From NCBI GenBank assembly GCA_963733445.1, contig CAVTDF010000003.1, positions 470,592-534,591 on the forward strand: DNA of 64,000 nucleotides, written 5' to 3'. Position 1 is the first letter of the stretch, and each line of letters opens with the position of its first letter. Below the pieces are notes generated by a model, which saw only the letters and a program-made list of their open reading frames with translations, was not told the origin of the DNA and made no database searches. Both the position numbers and the translations under genes were made by a program. Shown one piece after another: positions 56,248 through 64,000 of this stretch. Source of the DNA: an uncultured Methanobacteriaceae archaeon (lineage in GTDB: Archaea > Methanobacteriota > Methanobacteria > Methanobacteriales > Methanobacteriaceae).

Positions 56248-56646
56248 CTATCCTATTTTTTTGCCGGCATCTGGTCCTGGTTGTACTGAGTAAATTTCGT
56301 CTACTTTTAGTAAAACTGCACCTTTTGGGTTGAGCTGAGCCATTACACTTTTTGCCCACTCTACAGCATCATCAAAGTATTTACCTGATTCATGTATCTC
56401 TACTTTACCTTTGAATTGGTATGGACATTTTGTTACGTCTGCTACTACTATTGCTGCTTTAGGATTTTCTTTGAGATTTTCATATGTTTTATTCATGAAA
56501 TTAGCAACTAATAAAACAGTTTCATCATCTAATGGTCTTGCAAGCCCTATTGGCACCACATTAGGATAATCTTCTTTGTTTGCAGTCGCTAAAAATACTA
56601 TATTGCTTTTTTCAATACCATCCATCATTTCTGTATTCATTACCAA
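56248..56646 (-). CDS. Pyridoxamine 5'-phosphate oxidase-like FMN-binding protein
   Basis: FLATA...PNVVP, FMNKT..NL.ENP, YQFKG, IYS..PG; TTG start after AGGTGA. Confidence 0.85.
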   Translation of the reverse strand: MVMNTEMMDGIEKSNIVFLATANKEDYPNVVPIGLARPLDDETVLLVANFMNKTYENLKENPKAAIVVADVTKCPYQFKGKVEIHESGKYFDDAVEWAKSVMAQLNPKGAVLLKVDEIYSVQPGPDAGKKIG

Positions 56647-56804
56647 TACAATCACCTACCTTTTTTTAATCTAAATAATAATTGGCGAGAGATAATAATA
56701 TACTTGATGGTTTGTAAAATATACTAAATACATTATAATTACTAAAATGACCTTTATGGTCTTAATAGAAACCTTTATTATTTATTAAATGGGAATATTA
56801 TTCT

Positions 56805-57560
56805 ATGGAGAAGGTAGAAGAAATCTACAAGGAAAAAATGGTGGACATTGACACCAAATTAGACTCAATACACCAAGATATTAAACGTTTAATGGAAAGA
56901 TCCAATAAAGAATATCTTGATCTAATGCTAGCCAATTTAAAAAAGGATTTTTTAAATTCCATCACATCATATGTATCTAATGATAGGGAAAATAGGTTGG
57001 AAAGGGATATGGTTTATCCTTGCGAGATGAGAGAAACATGTAAATCTAGATTCAGTGATTTTTTGGCAAACAATGAAGATCTTATCAGGCGAGATGATGT
57101 TTCGGAAGAAGTTATCAATGAAAAAAGAGCAGAATTGGGTGAAATCCGAAAAGGAGCACCGTTTGATAAATGTGATATTTGTTTTTCTGAAGTGAACTCA
57201 CTTTTTGAAAAACAATTGGACCTCATTAGTTCACTTCAAATCTACAGCACTAATAAAGAAAAAAGGTCTGAAATTTCTGCTATTCCAGAAGAAAATATTG
57301 TTAAAAATGTACTCGAACCATTATCCAATAAACAGAGGCTGCAGATACTCAAATCAATGGCCTCCGAGACAAGAACTTTTTCTGTTCTATCTGAATTGAC
57401 AGGGCTACGTGGTGGTAATTTACTTTTCCACATACAAAAACTGCTTGAAACAGATCTTATCTTACAACGGCATGAAAGAGGTGATTATATGATCACCAAA
57501 AAAGGATTTAATCTAATTATGATGCTGGCTGATTTTCAAAAATTATTAGACAATGAATAA
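56805..57560 (+). CDS. ArsR-family regulator with Cys-containing N-terminal domain
   Basis: C-terminal wHTH (PLSN..RL.IL..FS.LSELTGLRGGNL.FH..KL); CxxxxxC and CxxC in N-terminal half. Confidence 0.85.
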   Translation: MEKVEEIYKEKMVDIDTKLDSIHQDIKRLMERSNKEYLDLMLANLKKDFLNSITSYVSNDRENRLERDMVYPCEMRETCKSRFSDFLANNEDLIRRDDVSEEVINEKRAELGEIRKGAPFDKCDICFSEVNSLFEKQLDLISSLQIYSTNKEKRSEISAIPEENIVKNVLEPLSNKQRLQILKSMASETRTFSVLSELTGLRGGNLLFHIQKLLETDLILQRHERGDYMITKKGFNLIMMLADFQKLLDNE

Positions 57561-57561
57561 T

Positions 57562-57593
57562 TTTCAGAGACACCTTTATGATCTGCTAGTATC
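57562..57593 (+). repeat. Direct repeat C, copy 2
   Basis: 2 substitutions and 1 indel relative to 55621-55653. Confidence 0.85.
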
Positions 57594-57648
57594 TAATGAA
57601 AATTTTTATGAAGAAATCTTTTTGTTAAAAATTTATATTTAAGTATTC

Positions 57649-57723
57649 AGGCAAATACTATTTCAAGTCAATAGTTTTCATAATATTCAAGTAACTGTAG
57701 ATTTGGTCATCAACTATTCTATT
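57649..57723 (+). repeat. Dispersed repeat A, copy 2 (with 25-nt insert)
   Basis: Matches 49639-49690 in two blocks. Confidence 0.75.
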
Positions 57724-57872
57724 TAATCATTGAAAATAGTATAATAATAGGATATCTAATTTATACTAATTAAATTTCTGTTGTTTAGAATTCTAGTAAT
57801 ATATTCACTTGCTTTACTCTAAAAGAAAAGAAATTCTTTTTTTATCATTTTGATAAAAAATTAAATAGAAAG

Positions 57873-57910
57873 TTATATATCTTATGACTATTTTATTATG
57901 AACAGTCATA
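57873..57910 (+). promoter_or_regulatory. TATA box and TetR-type operator TATGACT-N14-AGTCATA
   Basis: TTATATAT at 57873-80 preceded by purine-rich BRE; perfect 7-bp inverted repeat 57883-57910 upstream of the TetR gene. Confidence 0.65.
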
Positions 57911-57926
57911 CAGTACAAAGGAGATC

Positions 57927-58541
57927 TTGATTTATATGCCTAAAGCTTGGAGTGAACGAGAAAAAGAACTTATCAAAAAAACCCTGTTGAGTGAGGGGAA
58001 AAAACTTTTCGAAAAATATGGACTTCAGAAAACAACTGTGGACGAAATTGTCAATGCTGCACAGATATCCAAGGGTTCTTTTTACATATTTTATCAATCC
58101 AAGGAAGAATTGTATTTTGATGTTTTAGACAGTGCCGAGCGTGAATTAAGAGAAAAAATATTTGAAAATGTTTTTAAACCCGGAATAAATAGACGAGATA
58201 GTTTTATATCGTTCCTTAGTCAAATGGTCGAAGTATTGACCACCATGCCCCTATATGAGCAAATGAACGCAGCAAATTATGAATTACTCCTACGGAAACT
58301 CCCAGAAGAAACTTTACAAAAACACATGGATAGAGACCAAGAAAATGTCGCGAAATATTTTATTGACTGGATGGATAATGGTTGGATGAGGAAAGTTGAC
58401 CTTGAAGCTCTGAATGGTCTGTTATTAGCTTTGATTCAATTTGTTATGCACCGAGAAGAGTTTGGTGAGAATTTTGAAGCTACCAAAGACCTGTGGATTG
58501 ATGCTATATCTTCTTACCTCATAAATGAAGACAAAGAATGA
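57927..58541 (+). CDS. TetR/AcrR family regulator (start TTG 57927 or ATG 57936)
   Basis: LF..YG..KTTVDEI...A.ISKGSFY.FY.SKEELY. Confidence 0.92.
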   Translation: MIYMPKAWSEREKELIKKTLLSEGKKLFEKYGLQKTTVDEIVNAAQISKGSFYIFYQSKEELYFDVLDSAERELREKIFENVFKPGINRRDSFISFLSQMVEVLTTMPLYEQMNAANYELLLRKLPEETLQKHMDRDQENVAKYFIDWMDNGWMRKVDLEALNGLLLALIQFVMHREEFGENFEATKDLWIDAISSYLINEDKE

Positions 58542-59481
58542 AAAAAATGGTACAATTATGAATGAAATCATACGAACCGAAAATCTATCAAAACACTTTG
58601 GCCGTGTGAAAGCTGCTGACAACATATCCCTGAGTGTAAGTAAAGGGGAAATATACGGCTTTTTAGGCTTGAATGGTGCTGGAAAAACAACCACTATTCG
58701 AATGCTACTTGGAATGATCAAACCTACATCTGGTGAATCATACTTGAAAGGTGAAAAGGTCACTGCAAATAGCCATAAACTCTGGAATAGCATAGGTTAC
58801 CTAGTAGAAATACCCTACTCATACCCTGAACTGACTGTACGAGAAAACTTGGAGATTGTCTGCCGATTACGTCTTCTAGATGATTCCAGTCCATTAGATC
58901 TAGTCATTGAACAGCTTCATCTTGGCAGATATCAGAATAGAAAGGCAAAAAATCTATCTTTAGGGAATGCACAGCGATTAGGGTTGGCAAAAGCCATCAT
59001 ACATAAGCCAGATATACTTATTTTAGATGAACCTGCCAACGGACTTGACCCTGCAGGTATTGTTGAAATAAGAGAATTATTACATGACCTTGCATTTAAT
59101 AAGGGTGTTACTGTATTCATCTCCAGTCATATATTGGGTGAAATCTCAAAGATTGCAACCCGTATTGGCATTATCCATGAGGGTAAACTTATTCAGGAAA
59201 TGGACATTGATCAATTACATAAACTACGAAAACGAAGTCTATTAATTAATGTTGAGGATAAAAATGGTGCAATATCAATTCTGACAAAGGAAGGTTTTAA
59301 TCCATCTATTACAGAAGATGGTTTTCTAAAAATTACTAGCGCAAATGCAATACTCCATCCTGAAAATGTGAATTCGCTGATGGTACATGCAGGATATGTG
59401 CCTAATTTGTTGAAAGTTGAAGAAGAGGATCTTGAGTCGTATTTCTTAAGAATTATTGGAGAAATGGATGTGATTAAATGA
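58525..59481 (+). CDS. ABC ATP-binding protein, BcrA/lantibiotic-resistance type
   Basis: GLNGAGKTT, LSLGNAQRL, LDEPANGLDP, SSHIL. Confidence 0.9.
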   Translation: MKTKNEKNGTIMNEIIRTENLSKHFGRVKAADNISLSVSKGEIYGFLGLNGAGKTTTIRMLLGMIKPTSGESYLKGEKVTANSHKLWNSIGYLVEIPYSYPELTVRENLEIVCRLRLLDDSSPLDLVIEQLHLGRYQNRKAKNLSLGNAQRLGLAKAIIHKPDILILDEPANGLDPAGIVEIRELLHDLAFNKGVTVFISSHILGEISKIATRIGIIHEGKLIQEMDIDQLHKLRKRSLLINVEDKNGAISILTKEGFNPSITEDGFLKITSANAILHPENVNSLMVHAGYVPNLLKVEEEDLESYFLRIIGEMDVIK

Positions 59482-60269
59482 GGGGGTTATATGCATCTTT
59501 ATGGGCTGAAAGTCTTAAAGTTAGAAAGTCGCAAATCTTTTGGATTACTCTATCGGCTTTCTCATTTGTTGGTATCATGATGGGTTTGATGGTATTGGTT
59601 GTCAAATATCCTGCGCTTGTGGGTCAATCTACATTGATTAGTGCCAAATCATCTTCTTCTCTTTTTATGGATAACTGGCATTCCTATTTTGAACTATTAA
59701 TTCAGCTGGTTCTAGGCTTTGGACTTTTGGGCTTTGGAATTGTTTCAGCTTGGGTTTTTGGTCGAGAGTATGTCGATCGTGTAGTTACGGACCTTTTAGC
59801 ACTACCTATCCATCGTTCCACAATTGTTATGTCAAAATTTATCATAGTTATTATCTGGAGTTTCTTACTCTCGTTAACCATCTTTTTATTTGGGCTCCTT
59901 ACTGGTTTAGCGGTAAATATTGTCGGTTGGTCTATTGGAATCACCTCCCAGTACTTTATCATCTTTTTAGGAGCTTCTATTCTTACAATACTGCTTTGTA
60001 CTCCTGTTGCGTTTATTGCCAGTTTCACCCGTGGATATCTTGCCCCTGTAGGTTTTGTCATTGCTACTTTATTCATAACCAACATACTTCCAATTGGGGT
60101 TCCCAACATTATACCTTACGTTCCCTGGGCAATTCCCGCACTTTCTACAGGACTTTTAGGGCCAAATTTCCCATATCCTGGTATAGCCAGTTATATCATA
60201 TTATTCTCTTACATTATCTTGGGGGTAATAGCTACACTGATCTGGTGGCGTTTTGCTGATCAAACTTAA
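59478..60269 (+). CDS. ABC-2 permease (BcrB-like)
   Basis: AE.LK.RKS, FGREY.D....LL..P, 6 TM; ATGA overlap. Confidence 0.85.
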   Translation: MRGLYASLWAESLKVRKSQIFWITLSAFSFVGIMMGLMVLVVKYPALVGQSTLISAKSSSSLFMDNWHSYFELLIQLVLGFGLLGFGIVSAWVFGREYVDRVVTDLLALPIHRSTIVMSKFIIVIIWSFLLSLTIFLFGLLTGLAVNIVGWSIGITSQYFIIFLGASILTILLCTPVAFIASFTRGYLAPVGFVIATLFITNILPIGVPNIIPYVPWAIPALSTGLLGPNFPYPGIASYIILFSYIILGVIATLIWWRFADQT

Positions 60270-60345
60270 CAATAAACAGCAATTAAATATCAAGTGAATT
60301 AATCAACAAACATTTCTTAACATTCCCTAATACATTTTATGTAAC

Positions 60346-60498
60346 TTATATATCAAAACCCTTGGATAAGATGATATAACAACGATTTCCATCCATTCCG
60401 AAGGTTTCAAGGTGGATATACCATCCATTGATCTGGTATTTATTTAGTTCTTCATAAAATTTTTCTTTATCTGTTGTTTCTAATATTTTCCATTGCAT
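60346..60498 (-). CDS. Small hypothetical protein (50 aa)
   Basis: GAGG RBS before ATG 60498: MQWKILETTDKEKFYEELNKYQINGWYIHLETF... Confidence 0.5.
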   Translation of the reverse strand: MQWKILETTDKEKFYEELNKYQINGWYIHLETFGMDGNRCYIILSKGFDI

Positions 60499-60755
60499 AA
60501 ATTTTCCTCGATTCAATTTTTTATATAATTTATCATTTTTTTTAATTGAACTCAAACTTTAACACAATTATTATTCATTGCCCGACATAATAACATAATA
60601 ACAAAGAATCCAATACTCATAATATTCTATATTAACCAGACCTCACTCACACCCTGCATACTATCCCATAAAACATGCTCCTCAAAGTAGAGGTTTAATT
60701 AAAACTCATCAGTGAACCTAGGAATAATGGATATATTCTTTGAAATTAATTTAAG

Positions 60756-60820
60756 AAGATAGATTACATAAATTATTAATCTTAAGGTCTATTTTTTGCT
60801 TATAATGTAATATATTTTTA
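60756..60820 (+). repeat. Dispersed repeat D, copy 2
   Basis: 32-nt identity with 49540-49571 plus degenerate extension. Confidence 0.9.
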
Positions 60821-61010
60821 GTTTAAAGTAATCAGACTAATCTGATAATTTTAATATTAATCTAATGATATGACACATTATTATCTAAAAAAAATTATAG
60901 TTAAAATAATAAAAAAGTATTGGAATAAATTTTGTAAAGACGAGTTAAAGGAATTCATAAACGAAATGTTTTTTGAAATAATTACAAATTAACCTTAAAG
61001 AAAGGATAAA

Positions 61011-62038
61011 ATGAATAATTCAAAAAAACCGTATCGTGTCGATGTTCATCATCGTGCTATACCTAAAGAAGTAATTGATTCTTTTAATCAAATTGGCATT
61101 ACTGAAATAGGTGGAATTCCGTTTTCATTGTTTAACGAGGAAAAAACATTAGCATTTATGGATAGAGGATTAATTAAATACTGCCATAGTATCTTTATCT
61201 GATGTAGGTAATGCTTTTTTAAAAGAGGAAAATGCTATAAATATAGCACGATGTTCTAATGAGTTTTATGCCAAGTTAAAAGAAAATCATGATCGTTTCG
61301 GTGCCTTTGCTACTTTGCCCTTGCCTCATGTCAAAGCATCGATAGATGAAATAAATTTTGCATTTGATACTTTAAATCTTGATGGTGTAATGATGTTTTC
61401 TAATGCAGATGGCGTTTATCTTGGAGATCCTAAGCTTAATGATGTAATGAATGAGTTAAATAGATATAAAGCTGTGGTATATGTGCATCCTTCAGAAGCA
61501 CCAGGAGTTAAACAACTTGAATCCCTAAAATATCCAGGATTTTTGTTAAATTTTGTTTTTGATACTACAAGATGCATTACTAATATGTTATTTAACAAAA
61601 CTGTGCAGAAATACTCAAACATAAAGTTCATATTTGCCCATATGGGAGGTACAGCACCATATTTAACAGAAAGGATCGCATTAGGGCTTTTAGAGCGTCG
61701 ACGTCATAGTAAATTGCCATTAGAGAAAATTGTATCTGATATTAGTCAAGTAATATCTCCTGAAACACTAGTAGAATATTTAACTCATGTAAAAGAAATT
61801 TTAGGTAGTTTTTATTACGATACTGCGTTGTCGTCTTCACCTGCAACAATATCTGCCGTACAAAAATTAGCAGGGACTGAACATATTTTGTATGGGAGTG
61901 ATTTTGAGTACGCATCGGAGTTTGTTGAAAGGTTTTCGACACAATTATTTGATTGAAAATAAAGATCTTACTGAGGAAGATAAAAGACTTATTGAGTATG
62001 ATAATGCATTAAAACTTTTTCCTAAATTTAATAAATAA
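61011..62038 (+). pseudogene. Amidohydrolase-2 (ACMSD/aromatic-acid decarboxylase-like) with two +1 frameshifts
   Basis: DVHHR N-terminus; shift near 61176; body FGAFATLPLP..VHP..HMGG..YDTA..YGSD; second shift near 61930-45; tail ..DNALKLFP to TAA 62038. Confidence 0.85.
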
Positions 62039-62158
62039 TCAATCAATAACTTACACACCACAGTGATTGTTCGAATTAAAAATTGAATTTCTATAGTTTA
62101 ATGAATGATAGTGTAAATACAATTTATTGGACTAATATAAGATATTAGAGGTTTAAAT

Positions 62159-62548
62159 ATGCCAATTGTTAAGATAGAAATCAGAAAAGGAAAAACCAAA
62201 GAGCATAAGAAAGCAATATTAACCGGGGTGCATGATGCTTTAGTTGAATCAGTTAAAATACCTGATCATGACAGATTGCAAAGGATCTACGAACTTGATG
62301 ACGATAATTTTGAATCAAATGTAAAAACTGATAATATCACTATAATCGAGATAATTTTGTACAAAGGGAGATCAAATGAAGCTAAAAAAGCACTTTACAA
62401 GGCAATAAATGATAATTTAGCTTTAGATCCAGGTATCGATGGTAATGATATTATTATAGTCCTAATCGAACCTCCTCTAGAAAATTGGGGAATTAGAGGT
62501 GGAAAACCAGCTAGTGAAATTGATCTTGGATTTAATATTAGAGTTTAA
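62159..62548 (+). CDS. Tautomerase superfamily protein (Pro-1)
   Basis: MPIVKIE, GRS...K..LY, ENWGIRGG. Confidence 0.9.
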   Translation: MPIVKIEIRKGKTKEHKKAILTGVHDALVESVKIPDHDRLQRIYELDDDNFESNVKTDNITIIEIILYKGRSNEAKKALYKAINDNLALDPGIDGNDIIIVLIEPPLENWGIRGGKPASEIDLGFNIRV

Positions 62549-62614
62549 CAGATTATTTATGAATAATAATCTGATAGAAGTAAAACATATGTAAAAAGAT
62601 GAGGAGGTTCCAAT

Positions 62615-62995
62615 TTGGAAGATAGGTACAGTAACGGTTTAAAAAATCTTGAAAAAATCCATCCAGAGGCGAGTAAAGCGTTGATAGAAAGTTTAAAGAA
62701 TATCGCACCTGATCTTGGTCGTTTTGTAGTAGAATTTGCTTACGGTGATGTATACGGACGCGAAGGCCTTGACCTCAAATCACGGCAAATTGCAACTTTA
62801 GCAGCACTCATTGCCCTAGGGGATACTAAGCCCGAACTTAAAGACCATATCAAAGGTGCTTTAAATGTTGGGTGTAATCGGCAGGAAATAATCGAAGTCA
62901 TTATTCAAATGGCAGTTTATGCCGGATTTCCCAGAGCCATAAATGGAATAAGCACCGCAAAAGAAGTATTTGAAGAAATAGATAAAGAGAAATAG
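62615..62995 (+). CDS. Carboxymuconolactone decarboxylase family protein
   Basis: FAYGDVY.R.GLD.K.R, H..GALNVG, YAGFP.A. Confidence 0.9.
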   Translation: MEDRYSNGLKNLEKIHPEASKALIESLKNIAPDLGRFVVEFAYGDVYGREGLDLKSRQIATLAALIALGDTKPELKDHIKGALNVGCNRQEIIEVIIQMAVYAGFPRAINGISTAKEVFEEIDKEK

Positions 62996-63020
62996 GATTT
63001 AAACGCAATATTTTAATAAA

Positions 63021-63779
63021 TCATATTTTAAATATTTTCTTTGCATTTTTTTCTGTTTTTCTATCAACTTCATTAATATGAATTGATTTTTTATCTGCTA
63101 TTACTTTAACAGCTTCCTCAACAAACGCAGGTTCATTTCTAACTCCTTTAAATGGAGAAAGGTATGGACTGTCGGTTTCTGTTAATAAATTTGTTATTGG
63201 AATTTCTTCCGCAAGTTTTTGATGGTGTTCAGAAAAGCAAACGATTGTTGAAAGTGATATGTAGTATCCTTCCTCAACAATAAGCTGTGCTGTTTTAATA
63301 TCCCCACCGAAACAATGAAAGACAATATTATCAATTGAAGATTCCTTTTTCACCATCGTAAGCGCTTTTTCTTCAGCGTCCCGTGCATGTATGATAAGTG
63401 GTAGTCCATATTCTTTTGATAGTTCAATAAAGATCTTAAATAGGTTTGCTTGCCTTTTTCTCGCATTTGTATTGGTTATTTCATGAAAATCAAGACCAGT
63501 TTCCCCTATACCTACTGCTAGATCTATATTGTTATTTATCTCATCTAATGCTTGTTTTATTATTGATGAATCTGCTTTCGATGCATTCGAAGGATGAAAT
63601 CCCAGTGTTGAATATAAAAATCCATTATATTCCTCTTGAAGATTTAGAGTTCTTCTATTACCACCCAAACTAGCCCCTGAATTAATTATAGCACTTAATT
63701 TATCCTTAGCTCTCCCCATTACTTCGTCTCTATTCTTATTGTATTCTTTGAAATCAATGTGGCAGTGTGTATCGATCAT
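63021..63779 (-). CDS. tatD: TatD family hydrolase
   Basis: IDTHCH, GETGLD, IHAR, FHCF, ETDSP. Confidence 0.95.
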   Translation of the reverse strand: MIDTHCHIDFKEYNKNRDEVMGRAKDKLSAIINSGASLGGNRRTLNLQEEYNGFLYSTLGFHPSNASKADSSIIKQALDEINNNIDLAVGIGETGLDFHEITNTNARKRQANLFKIFIELSKEYGLPLIIHARDAEEKALTMVKKESSIDNIVFHCFGGDIKTAQLIVEEGYYISLSTIVCFSEHHQKLAEEIPITNLLTETDSPYLSPFKGVRNEPAFVEEAVKVIADKKSIHINEVDRKTEKNAKKIFKI

Positions 63780-63795
63780 AAATTCACCAGTAATT

Positions 63796-64000
63796 TTAAA
63801 TTCCGAAACGTCTTTCTCTCTGTTGATAACTTCTCAATGCCCTTAAAAAGTCTACTTTTCGTAATTCGGGCCATAAACTATCACAAAAGTAAAGTTCGGA
63901 ATATGATGACTGCCATAATAGGAATCCGCTCAATCTTTCTTCACCACTTGTACGTATTATTAAGTTTGGATCTTCAAGTCCGGCTGTGTAAAGATTTTCA
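63796..64000 (-). CDS. uppS: Polyprenyl (undecaprenyl-type) diphosphate synthase, 3' part only
   Basis: Manual translation: [38 protein letters not shown]...WP...RRFG*. Confidence 0.93.
   Translation of the reverse strand, partial: ENLYTAGLEDPNLIIRTSGEERLSGFLLWQSSYSELYFCDSLWPELRKVDFLRALRSYQQRERRFGI

Noticed and set aside
56206-56359. 51-aa N-terminal extension on the MTH865-family ORF
   Set aside because: Overlaps the PNPOx-like gene; the family-like sequence begins at ATG 56206
49500-60820. Integron attC cassette array
   Set aside because: Genes are in mixed orientation with their own promoters; repeats lack the RYYYAAC/GTTRRRY ends and no intI was seen

Overview
AT-rich archaeal chromosomal window from a Methanobacterium-like methanogen (Methanobacteriales). 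The assignment rests on cfbC, arfB/arfC, pantoate kinase, Lsm-rpl37e, SRP19, an MTH865-family gene and GGTGA/GGAGG ribosome-binding sites. Bases 1-33 kb and 39-48 kb are mostly core genes: the nurA-herA-mre11-rad50 repair operon, nucleotide-sugar genes, tRNA-Leu(GAG), purine, tetrapyrrole and riboflavin genes, a Ski2-like helicase, glmS, then tatD and partial uppS at the far end. Two accessory blocks stand out. (i) 33.3-38.5 kb is a bacterial-type sdhA-sdhB-aspA operon with no membrane anchor, ending in a rubredoxin-fused FMN alpha-hydroxy-acid oxidase. (ii) About 48.5-63 kb is a mosaic island of regulators, ABC transporters, redox/flavin proteins and decaying genes. Its modules are bordered by three pairs of short dispersed direct repeats, one fused to an 11-codon relic of a tautomerase gene. 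Several genes have conserved N-termini that extend upstream of any ATG/GTG/TTG, implying ATT/ATA/ATC starts; the clearest is the PHP gene. No CRISPR array, rRNA, integrase or transposase was seen. All family assignments come from motif recognition by eye; no database search was run.
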